DNA from: Eledone cirrhosa
Lineage: Eukaryota
DNA length: 64,000 bases
Assembly (NCBI GenBank): GCA_964016885.1
Contig: OZ024746.1
Location: 95,914,001 to 95,978,000 of the forward strand
Direction of reading: 5' to 3'
Position 1 is the first letter of the stretch. The number at the start of each line of letters is the position of its first letter. Below, in pieces: positions 1 through 11,064 of this stretch. The notes beneath the pieces were generated by a model. That model was not told the DNA's origin, did not search any database, and saw nothing but the letters and a program-made list of their open reading frames with translations. Made by a program: the position numbers and the translations under genes.

Positions 1-120
1 AAGGCAACAATGCTTAAACTATGCATATTCTTCCGACTACTGGACCAACGCTCTATCCCATACCTGTCCATGTATACAGACACAAGCAAAAGCAGATTTT
101 CGATTTAAATTTGTTTCCAG

Positions 121-377
121 AGAAAATGGTACTTTAAAATTTGAAAGTATTTTTTCCCAGAATGGTCTGAAAGAACAATGTGTTTATGGCAATAGTTCAT
201 TTGGTGAAACATTGATCATAGGCAGTCCTTTAGGAGGTTCAATCAGTGTTGATAATACAGATACTCTCGATAAACGGATGAAGAAGTTTTGCTGTGAAGG
301 AATTCCATCTTACTGTAATCAGTACTACAGTCGGAGACCATCATCAAGTTGCAAGAATTATCTTCCTCCGAAACTAG
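121..377 (+). CDS. Mucin-like (AMOP-VWD-EGF-TM) gene, first exon in window: AMOP C-terminal part
   Basis: ttccag acceptor, gtaagt donor. Translates ENGTLK...EQCVYG...GSPLGG...KFCCEG..YCNQYYSRRPSSSCKNYLPPKL, matching the AMOP end motif CC..C..YY.RRPS..C..Y.PP. Confidence 0.9.
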
Positions 378-1656
378 GTAAGTCTTAAAACCAGAATCAT
401 AACTAGGAAAAATAGCGCCTATGACAAGCAGTGAAACTGGGCCCCTGCCCAGCACTGTATTTTTACCTTAGGCCTAATAATTTATATAAATGGTTTAAAG
501 ATCCAGCCACCATAGTGTTGTCAACCATGATAGAGACAGATCATACATCTGAAGGAGTTTCTTTTTACACTCTCTTATTTGACTTTAATAGAACGTGCCC
601 CTAGTCCAAGTGGCGCCCCCTTCGTGTGACGCTCATGGCACGTGCCATGCTTGCCATACCCTAGTTAGGCCTCTGCTTAAAACAGTGTAAAGGTTTGAAA
701 GGGAGTATTATGTATCTATAGGGAGAATAAAGTTTGGTTTTTAGGCTAAGTAAATCATGTTTAATATTGGTTTCTGATTTAGGCACAAGACCAACAATTT
801 TGGGGGAGGGGAAAGTCAATTAAATCAACCCCAGTGCATTACTGGTACTTTATTTTATTGACCCTGTAAGGATGAAAGGTAACCTCAGTAGGATTTGAAT
901 TCAAATTTGAAAGGGGTGTAACTATATGCTATAAAGCACGTTGTCTGACACTCTACTGAAACTGCCAATCCACTGCTCTAATCATATTTAATATTAATAA
1001 GAAATGAATGCTGGATTAGCAAAATTGGTAGAGCATCAGATGAAATGCCATTGTGATATTTGTTCTGACTCCTTATGTTCTGAGTTCAAACCCTGCCATG
1101 GTCAACTCTGCCTTTCAACCTCCTGGGTTTCATAAGGTAATGTTCCAGTCAAGTATTGGGGTTGATTTAATCAACTTTAACTTTAAAATTTGCTAGCTTT
1201 GTGCCTAATTTAGAAATTAATATTAGTGTGATATGGGTGGCAGGGAGAGCTGATAAATAGTAACAACCATGAAATGTATGCATCTTACCCAGTTGCTGAG
1301 GTAGCTGTGACATGATCACATCTCAAAATACAGCAAAACTGTGTGTTTACTATATTTAAACATATTGTATATAGGTCCATTTATGGCTTTATTCTGAATC
1401 ATGCTGTGTTAGTGCTGTGGTTAATCAATATTAGTAATATGAGGAAGAGCAGAATCAGTAGAGTATCAGACAAAATGTCTTGTGGCACTTAGTTACATAT
1501 CTTGATATGCTGAGTTCAGGTCTTGCCTGGGTCAGCTTTGCCTGTCATTATTCTTCCAGTGAAATATAATAAGCACCATCAATTATTTGAGGTCTTGGGT
1601 CTCCGATAGAAATCAATGCTAGAAGAGATTCAGGAAGCATTTAAAAAAATATATAT

Positions 1657-1955
1657 AGCAGTGGAGACATCTGGTGTCCTTGGCCCTAGGACCACCTCCC
1701 TATTCACCACAATCGGCATCCCATAGCAGTGGTGACTTCTGGTGTCCTTGGCCCTAAGACCACCTCTCTACTCACCACCATCAGTACCCCATAGCAGTGG
1801 AGACTTCTGGTGTCCTTGGTCCTAGGACCACCTCTCAACTCACCACCATCAGCACCCCATATCAGTGGAGACTTCTGGTGTTCTTGGCCCTAGGACCACC
1901 TCCCCACTCACCACCTTCGGCACCCCGTAGCAGTGGAGACTTCTGGTGTCCTTGG
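1657..1955. repeat. 68-bp tandem repeat, about 4.4 copies, CRE-derived
   Basis: Period 68 (1657, 1725, 1793, 1861, 1929). Encodes AVETSGVLGPRTT. Confidence 0.9.
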
Positions 1956-2162
1956 CATGGAGTCGGCTACCCGCAGGTGTGAGTCTCACAAGCTGGAATG
2001 TCTCTTCCAACGCGTCTCCCTCACAAATAGAATGAAGGGGCAGAAGATTGAACTTAAATATAATAAAGGCACATGACCTAGTAATCATACAAATTGTACA
2101 AGTGGAAAAGTTCCATTAATTTCATATTCCCTTAGTGACTATATATACATATATACACACAC

Positions 2163-2203
<41 letters not shown>

Positions 2204-2690
2204 CATCATCACTGTTTAACATCCATTTTTCCACGCTAACATGGGTTAGGCAAGTTGTCCTGTTGTGGGCAATGCCAGGTCAAGTGACCATGTCTTACTC
2301 ATACAGAACTGATTTTGGCTTGGTTTCTACAGCTGGATCCCCTTCCTAATGCCCACCTCATTTACAATGAGTATAGGGTGCTTTCGGTCACAACTCCTAC
2401 ACGACCACTTTACAGTGTGGGTGAGTACTTTTTTTCGTGACACCTACATGACCAATTTACAGTGTGGACTGAGTACTTTTTGTCATGACACCTACATGAC
2501 CACTTTACAGTGTGGACTGGGTGCTTTTTGTCATGTCACCTACTTGACCACTTTACAGTGTGGACTGGGTGCTTTTTGTACAGTGTGGACTGAGTACTTT
2601 TTTTCGTGACACCTACATGACCACTTTACATTATAATGTATATTTACTAACTATTCCAGAAGAGCTGAAAGAATGACTGTTTATTTTTAG

Positions 2691-2869
2691 GCTGGTCCTG
2701 GGGAGATCCCCACTTCCACACAATTGATGGAAATGATTATACATTCAATGGATGGGGAGAGTATGAAATGATATATATGGCAGAAGATATTTTTCGAATG
2801 CAAATTCGAATTGAAGACTCTATTTCAACCGGATTTGCCATGAAAACATTGGAATCTCCTATTATTGAA
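2691..2869 (+). CDS. Mucin-like gene exon 2: VWD start with GDPH
   Basis: ttttag/gtaagt, phase 1 to 0. GWSWGDPHFHTIDGNDYTFNGWGEYEM... is a classic VWD N-terminus. Confidence 0.95.
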
Positions 2870-3824
2870 GTAAGTACTGAAATATTTAAAATATTTTACC
2901 TTTTTTTTTTTTTTTAAGACAAGTTGACAAAGTTGTTAGGGTGTCAGATTAAATCCCTTAGTATAACAAATTTTTCAGTATAACAAAATGTTTTCAATCC
3001 CCAATCACAAGCTTATTAAAACAGCGATAAAATAATCTTGTTTATAATATAACAGAAAACAAATAAAGGAAACATATTTGAACATATTTGATATATATAT
3101 TTATATATATATTTATATATATATTTATATATATATTTATATATATATTTATATATATATTTATATATCAAAGGTATATTTTGAGTTAGGAACTCAAAAT
3201 AGTCTCTTACAACAAAATAGCTCTAAGAAAGAGATATTTCTGAGCCGTATATTATAATTGAATATAAAAGAAAAACAAACACAGATATATACATATATGA
3301 GTTCAAATCGTAAGGGACCCGATTCGCTAAGGTGAAAAGAATACTAACTCTTTCTTAGAGCTATTTTGTTGTAAGATTTGAACTCACATATGTATATATC
3401 TGTGTTCGTTTTTCTTTTATATTCAATTATAATATATATTTATATATATTATAATTTTATATACAAATTATAATTTTATATACAAATTCAGAAACGAAAT
3501 TTATATATATATTTATATATATATTTATATATATATATTTTATTGCATGATACAATCATATTGCAGGTGTTTTCATTCATTTATTATTTAATTTTTAAAT
3601 ATGAGGTAATAACAAACAAACACTTGATTTGTTTCAGTCGATCTCATTATAAAGAATTTTTCGTTATAACGAATCTTTTCTTATACTTCATGAATTTCGT
3701 TATAACGGAATTTCACTCTATTTTGACAAGAGTTTAACTGTAAACTTATCAATACCTCATTATTTGTTCTATCAAATTATTTTTATTTGCTAAAATATTA
3801 TTTTATTTGTTCTTTATTTCACAG

Positions 3825-3986
3825 TTAACAATGGTAGATTGTATCAAAGATGTTCGAATTCTAATCAATCAAACAGAGAGATACAGTTTGTCATTGATGA
3901 ATACCAGTTTAAACAGACCAAATTTCTTAATGGAAAAACATAATAACTCATTGCTTGTCACATTCAGAAATGGCATTGCTGTTAAA
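3825..3986 (+). CDS. Mucin-like gene exon 3 (VWD)
   Basis: ttcacag/gtgagt, 162 nt, phase 0-0. LTMVDCIKDV...SLLVTFRNGIAVK. Confidence 0.88.
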
Positions 3987-4752
3987 GTGAGTGCTACTTG
4001 ATAAATATCTTTATGGCCTTTCTTTATTGTTCATAAATATTCATAGTTTACAACATCTAGATTATTAGTCTCTGGTTTAGGCACAATTTGGGGGAAGAGG
4101 AAAGTTGATGTAAATCGACTCCAGTGCATTACTGGTACTTTATTTCATCAGCACCTTAAGGATGAAAGATAAAGTTAACCTCGGCAGGATTTGAACTCAG
4201 AACATAAAAGGCTGGATTGCTATGCCATAAACCATGTTGTGGTATAGAGTTACAGCCCTTTATGATCTGAGGTTAACTTTACCTTTCATCCTTACGGGGT
4301 TGATTAAATAAAGTACCAGTAATGCACTGGTATCGGCCATTGCCTTTCCCTTATTTCTACAGCTGAGTAAATTGAGCAACATGAAATAAAGTGTCTTGCC
4401 CAATGACACAACACATCACTTGGTCCAAGAATCAAACTCACAACCTCACGATTGCAAGCCCGACATTCTAATCCCTAAGCCATTCACCTTTTACTGAAAT
4501 ATAGAAGAGAAAATAAGATATTTCAATTGATCAAACTTTCAAAAGCAATTCTTTTTTTTCCTGTTCACCCCCAACTCCTAAATATCCATTATCACCTTCT
4601 TCACATAACTCTATTCCACCACCACCACCATCATCACCATCATCAATCTTTTCATTCTGTTTTCATCTTATTAATTCTGTTATTTTTTTCAAGTAACTTC
4701 ACTTTTTCAGGACCTTTTTCCTCCTTCCCCAAGTCTTTGCTATTGAAAATTT

Positions 4753-4807
4753 AGTCTCGTCTGATGATCCTGTGAGTACACAAATGAAACTCGAGAGTAA
4801 CAAGACT
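4753..4807 (+). ncRNA. Minimal type I hammerhead ribozyme motif (Penelope-LTR type)
   Basis: AGTCTCGT-CTGATGA-tccTGTG agta CACAaat-GAAAC-TCGAGA-GTA-ACAAGACT. Stem I pairs 7/8, core is canonical, stem III is short with a palindromic TCGA. Confidence 0.8.
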
Positions 4808-4904
4808 CACTACTTAGCCATAATAAATGAATATTTAAACTCTACTTCGGTATTGAGCACTCTTTTCTCTCATCAATCAACTAGATACAGATATATATAT
4901 ATAT

Positions 4905-6175
4905 AAAGTTAACTTGTCTAAAACTAAAGTTCTAGTTTGTAGAAAGGAAAATAGGGCACATGTGCCCTCAGGGAAATGGCCATGCTCAGTGTGTAGGAAA
5001 GGAGTAGGCAGAAATTCCATTTTATGTCCCAAATGCAAAGTATGGGTACATAAAAGATGTAGTGGGATCACAGGTAAGCTATCCAAGAACGTAGATTTTA
5101 TATGTGGCCGATGCTCAGGTGCAATAAGTAGCAAGTGCCCACAGGATACTAGCTCCTTCTATTGCCCAGATGGTTCTATAGAAATAGTGGACACTTTCCG
5201 TTATCTGGGTGACAAGATCAGCAGTGTTGGAGGGTGTTCTGAAAGTACAGTAGCCAGAGTCAGAACGGGATGGAAAAAGTTCAAAGAGCTTATACCGCTG
5301 TTGGCTACAAAAGGTTTCTCTCTAAAAGTGAAAGTCAGATTGTATGATGCCTGTATATGAACAGCAATGCTACATGGCAGTGAGACATGGGCATTGCGTG
5401 CAGAGGACCTGCGCAGACTGGAAAGGAATGAAGCATGCATGCTCCGTTGGATGTGTAATAGTAATATACGTGAACGGCAAAGCATAAATGAACTAAGTGA
5501 GAAGTTATGAATAAGAGGGATCAGATGCTGTTTACTTGAGAGAAGACTACGTTGGTATGGTCATGTGATGCGCATGAAAGACGACAGCTGTATAAAAAAG
5601 TGCAGGGTGATAAAAATTGATGGAAGTTACGGAGTAGGTAGACCCAGAAAAACCTGGGACGATTTGATAAATTCCGACCTTACACACTTGCACCTCTCTA
5701 AGACAATGTCACTGGACCGAGATCTTTGGCACTATGCAGTAATACAGAAGACCCGCCTTGCCTATGTACAAAGCGAAACCTACAGTCAGTAGGCACCTCT
5801 TAACCAAATATACACCCCTATCCACTACCCCTACCCTATCCTCCCACTCCCACTAACACCACCCTCTCTCTGTAAAGTTGGTACTACAACATCCAGTCCA
5901 AATAAATGCGATAAATGAGATCGAGATCGTGTAGGTGTCACGACAAAAAAAAAAACACAGTCCACGCTGTAATGTGGCCGTGTAGGTAACACGGTAAAAA
6001 GTTCCCAGTTCCACACTGTAAATGTGGTTGGTATTAGGAAGGGAATCCAGCCATAGAAAACCTTCCAGATAGTCCTATATGAGTGAGACACGGTCACCTG
6101 ACCAACCTTGCCTCAAGTGGGACAACTCCCGTCTAACCCATGCTAGATGGACGTTAAACGAAGATGATGATGATG

Positions 6176-6178
<3 letters not shown>
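4905..6178 (+). mobile_element. 5'-truncated RTE-clade LINE (with PHD-like finger) plus 3' UTR and (GAT)n tail
   Basis: KTKVLV..KWPCSVC..C..C..WVHKRC..C..C..FRYLGD...GWKKF...GSETW...LRWYGHVMR...GRPRKTW. Ends ggacgttaaacgaagatgatg. Confidence 0.88.
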
Positions 6179-6206
<28 letters not shown>

Positions 6207-6256
6207 TGAAAAAGAAGTTTAAAATGCAATTGGAGTCTTTTAGAAGATTTATTAAT

Positions 6257-6293
6257 ACTTTACCGGTTTCACATTTGGATGATTTTCAAAAGT
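6257..6293 (-). ncRNA. Minimal hammerhead motif, U3-A8 core variant
   Basis: Minus strand: ACTT-TTGAAAA-tCAT ccaa ATGt-GAAAC-CG-GTA-AAGT, with palindromic ACCGGT. Confidence 0.45.
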
Positions 6294-6470
6294 TAACTGA
6301 GATAGAGAGAGATTTTGGTGTTGGTGATGGCGATGATGATTATAAAATATGTTTGTTGCTCCTGTAGACAAAGGGAATTGAACAATATTTTAAAATTTAA
6401 ATGTGACATTATTTTTATATTGTAAACCTGTAGAATATAATTCCATATCTGTTTCTAAATTTCTCTGTAG

Positions 6471-6651
6471 ATTACTCCACATCTTGAAATACTCACAGGA
6501 ATTGTCAGTATACCGAATGAGATCAATGGTGTAACTTATGGCCTGCTGGGCTTTGGAAACAACAATATAACCGATGACTTTCTGGGACGTAATAGTCAGA
6601 TGTGGCCAACAAACAGCTCTGACAGACACCTTTTTCAATTTGGAGAAACAT
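6471..6651 (+). CDS. Mucin-like gene exon 4 (VWD C-terminal)
   Basis: ctgtag/gtaagt. ITPHLEIL...TYGLLGFGNNNITDDF...FQFGET(W) carries the VWD GLLG..DDF..FG.W motif. Confidence 0.92.
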
Positions 6652-7490
6652 GTAAGTGTAATCTTTTAACCCTTTTGGGTCTATGACACAGAATTGTCTT
6701 TTTTAAAGTGTTTGTGTTTATCTGAAAACCTTTCTTCATAATTTGATGTAAGAATGTTCGCTAAGTTGTGCTTCATATACTAGCTTCAAAAGTAAGTGTG
6801 TTGAAATGAAATTTATAGTTCACACTTTTGCAGGTTAAGCTGGCATCTATGAGGTTGCATCATATAGGAAGCTTCTCAAGTGTTTTAATGATGAGGCAAC
6901 AGTCCTATCTGGAAAGACAACATGAAATGTAGTGTTTTGCTCAAGAGTGCACCTTATGGTTGTGAATCCAACACCCTAACTACTAAGCCATGCACCTTCA
7001 GCAAATGTGTTACTGAAATATTTTATAGTTTTTAAATAAACTATCGGAGCATTGAGTAGATTCAAATTCTTAGAAAATGTAGAAATCTCAAATGCAGAAA
7101 CTAACTGTAACAACAGTTGATTGTTATAAATAATAGCTTAGAAAATCAGGTTCCCCTATAGACAGAAAAAAGGGGCCGGTAGTTGTAGCAATTGACTGTG
7201 CTTACAGTTATTTTCTGCATTCGATATTTCTAGATTTTATAAAAATATTAAAATTACAAACAAAATTAGATTTCTGTTTTTTTTTGCTCTAACATAGCAG
7301 ATATGTAAATGTATTTAAATATCCGCTATGTTAGGACAAAAAACGAAATTCTAATTTTGTTTATTTTAATTTTCAACAAAGCCAGCAATAAAATCACTTG
7401 GTATGCAAATTAGACTAATCAGCTGAAGTATACTTTAGAGAATACTATATATTCTCAAGAGTTCTAGTGAGAGAGAGAAGATAAATATAC

Positions 7491-7533
7491 AATCTTGACA
7501 AAGGGCAATAACCCTGAAACAATTTTGTCGATT
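7491..7533 (+). ncRNA. Minimal hammerhead motif, U3-A8 core variant
   Basis: AATC-TTGACAA-AGGG caataa CCCT-GAAAC-AATTTT-GTC-GATT. Confidence 0.6.
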
Positions 7534-7762
7534 ATTTCTCTCTGTCACTGCTAGAACAAAAGGAGGACAATGGTCATCTAAAAACATAGTGTAATAAGGC
7601 TGTTTGCTTGCAAACGAATCAAATATTATAATTATTTGAAATGTAACTCACAAATGCATTATTAAAGTTACTTTTTTCAGAAAATGTAAAAAAATGCACC
7701 AATGTTATATTATGATATATCTGAATAAAATCTCTGAAATATTGGAATTGATTTCTCTTCAG

Positions 7763-7917
7763 GGAGGGTGAGACCAAACGAATCTTTATTTACTTATACT
7801 AAAAAAAGAACATTTAGTTCTTACCACAACCTGAGCTTTGTACCAAGATTTTTCGACGAGATGAATTTGACATTGCTATTTTCTGGAAATACTGCTTTGT
7901 TAGAAGCAGCTATGCAG
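7763..7917 (+). CDS. Mucin-like gene exon 5
   Basis: cttcag/gtatgt. Completes the split W codon, then RVRPNESLFTY...FVPRF...AAMQ. Confidence 0.9.
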
Positions 7918-8699
7918 GTATGTGTGGAAATTAATATTTTTACTTATATTTATTTCAATAATTTTTTATTTGGACTTGTTAGGCAAGTGCCTTAAATTTG
8001 AGACTGTGTGTTGAAACAAAACTAATTACACCATGGAAGAATCATGTTAGCCATTCAAAATACACAAAAATTCCTTTTACAATATTTATCATTTATTTCC
8101 TCATGTCAAATTTTTCATAGCACTGTTTGTGACCTGGTCACTGACACCAGGAATTAATAAATATAAAATGAATTTATCAATATTAATTTTTTTAATGACT
8201 CTCTCATGATGTAATTGTTATTTCAATATTTACTTAATGTATTTACATACAATATTTTAAAATTCTTTTACTGGTTTTATTCATTAGACTGTATCCATGT
8301 TGGGGCTTCACTGTAACCCTTTACCATTCACATTACTCTATATATACTATTGTATTTTCACGGTAAAGTCTTTATCTCACATATCTCACATAATATTGAA
8401 TCTATGAGATTTTGATATCATTTATTTTGAGAACAATACCTTAACATCAGTATGAGTCGCCGGTTACAGCTGGTTTGAACAGAAAGAGGTGAGAGAATTC
8501 TGATCGGATGCAGCCAGTTTAAACACTGAAGGGTTAAAAGAAAGAAATTGGAGAAAAAATACTTACAAACACATCTGTGTTGAAATATGAGTTTATTCTT
8601 GGAAAAATAATAGCTATATGGTTGAAGAATTTAGCCAAAACCCTTAAAACAAAGTTCCCAATTTTGTTGAATAATTCTATATTATTATATCCGGTGAGC

Positions 8700-10335
8700 T
8701 TCTTCTTCACTCACTTATTCCTGAGAGGGGCATGGGACAAAGTCCTCAAACACTCTTTCCAGCAGGAACTGTCAGAAGCAACCGTCTCTAACTGATTTGG
8801 CTGAATCCCTAGGCAAGACCAGCCAAGCTCATGGATGTTATCAAAACATCTTACTCGGGGGTCTACCCCTTGGTCTCCTGCCAGCTGGTTGTGCCCGTAA
8901 AATTTGTCCAGTGATGCTTTCCTGAGACATTCCAACCATACGTCGGAGCTGTGATCTCTCAATTCAGAGAAGTAGTGGCTCTACCTGGATTGACTCTCTG
9001 ATCTCCGAGCTGTGCACTTTATCGAGTAATGTTGCTCCAAAGACTCTTCAGAGGAATCCCATTTCAGCTGCTTGTATTCGCGATTGTATTCTTTTGGTCA
9101 TTACCCAAGATCCAATACCATAGGTAAGGGTTGGCACGAATACCGAATTGGAGACAGCGAGTTTGGCTTTTACGCTTACCTCCCTTTTTCTGCATTACTG
9201 CACCAGTTCCTGCAATTCTTGAACTTAATTCAGCCTCCTGCCTTCCATCACTCATGAACACAGCCCCTGAAATACTTGAACTTCTCTACCTGCTTCATTG
9301 GAATGCCATTTACATGTAGAGTGTACTGCGGAGGCTTCCTTATAAAGATGAGTTTTTGCAGCACTGATTTTCATTGCCCCATGCAGCATTCGGCATCAAA
9401 CTTAACAAGTGCAAGTCAGAGATCACCTTCTGTTGAGTCAAGTAACACCATGTCGTCTGCAAGTTCCAGCCGACTGATTTTACATCCACCAGCCATGATA
9501 CCACTTCCAACCCGGTTGCACATATCAATCCTGTTCATGTAAATAATGAACAGGAGTGGTGACAGTACCCACCCTTGGTGGAGTCTGTCTCCCACATTGA
9601 ATGGTTTAGATTTAGCACCATTTATCCAAACACAAATACTTGGGCATTTGTACAGAGACATCAGAGCAGCAAGGTGCTGACCATCAATCCCATACTCCTG
9701 CACAGCCTTCCACAGCAGGTCCCGAGGAATGCAGTCATGTGCCTTTTCAAAACAAGAATATATTTCTTGGCAATATTCCCATGATTTGTTGAATACTTGC
9801 CACAGTGTAAATATTTGGTTGGCTATGCTGCATCTGGGGCGAAAACCACACTGTTCATCAGCTAGCTTAGACTCGACTATTTCCCTGCATCTCTTTGCTA
9901 GACACTTAGCATAGACTTTACCAAAAAGGCTTAACAAGCAGATCCCTCTGTAATTGGAACAATCTCTCTTATCTCTCTTTTTGAAAATTAGGATTATCAG
10001 TCCCGATTGCCATTGCTTAGGTACCCTTCCAGAGATCCAGGCCACCCGGCACACACGAGTCAGCCAGAGAATACCTTCTCAATTTAAGGCTTTTAAGTTC
10101 TTGGACCAGATTTTATCTTCCCCAGTGACCTTGCCACATTTGAGCTCTTTAACTGCTGTTGTGACCTTAGCCTCTGAGAGATTAATCACTGCTCCCAGAT
10201 GCCCCTTGTGTACATCCAAAGATGCTGTTATGATTGGGTTTAGATCACCAAAGTATTCTCTCCACCTTGTGAGAGTACAGCTCTCTGAAGAGAGAACCCC
10301 AGATGCATTCTTGATAGCAGGTGTTGAGGAGGATT
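8700..10335 (-). mobile_element. Degenerate RTE-clade LINE (second family, (GAA)n tail)
   Basis: RT motifs IFKKRDKRDCSNYRGICLLS, EQCGFRP, LHQGWVLSPLLF, ADDMVL. Further fragments at 20980-21415, 46600-47170, 51770-51975, 53270-53430, 54860-55010. Confidence 0.9.
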
Positions 10336-10899
10336 TCTTATTATGAAGCTGAATTATAAAATGTTTTAAAATAAAAATACAAGCATTCTTAGGCCATTCC
10401 CCCTGCTAAAATAGATGTTAGCCTTATGGGCTAGCTTTATTCATATTATGAAGTCCTTTCTGAAGCAATGTTTTATAGTCAGATGCCCTTTATCACACTA
10501 ACTGTGTGGCTAGGGTGCCAGAAGTGCAGGGGAGGTCTTGCCGGAAGTGAGGGACAGTGATATGACATGAGAGTTCACAGGCCTTTTGCGTTCTATGTGG
10601 TCAGGATGCGGTACTATATGGGTATGCATGCTCATGAGTGCTATGATTGTGTGTGAGAGACTCTCTGTATTTTTTGGCCAGACATAAAACAGGTGAACAT
10701 CCATGCAAGGAGATTCAGTCCAGACTCGAACAGAGACACAAAAGTAAGTTCCTACACTGCCTCACAACACCAACCTTTTTAGTTGTCCCTTATGATATGC
10801 AGGGATACAATGTACCTATTCTAATATCTGCTTTTGTTGTTTTGCTATGTAAAAACAATAATAATCTTCTAATAAAAATACCTTTTTTTATGTCTTCAG

Positions 10900-11023
10900 C
10901 AATGCTCAAATTACTCCTTTTATGAAGCCTGCCTCCAAGACTCTGCAAAAATGCAAGATGTCCAAGCAGCCATCCAAGGGGCGGAGATGCATACAGAGGC
11001 ATTGAGTCGACAGAAATATTTCG
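10900..11023 (+). CDS. Mucin-like gene exon 6
   Basis: cttcag/gtaaat, phase 0 to 1. QCSNYSFYEACLQDSAKMQ...RQKYF (post-VWD C..CL.D motif). Confidence 0.85.
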
Positions 11024-11064
11024 GTAAATTTTGTTTTGATAATGATGATGAAAATTATTGTGAA

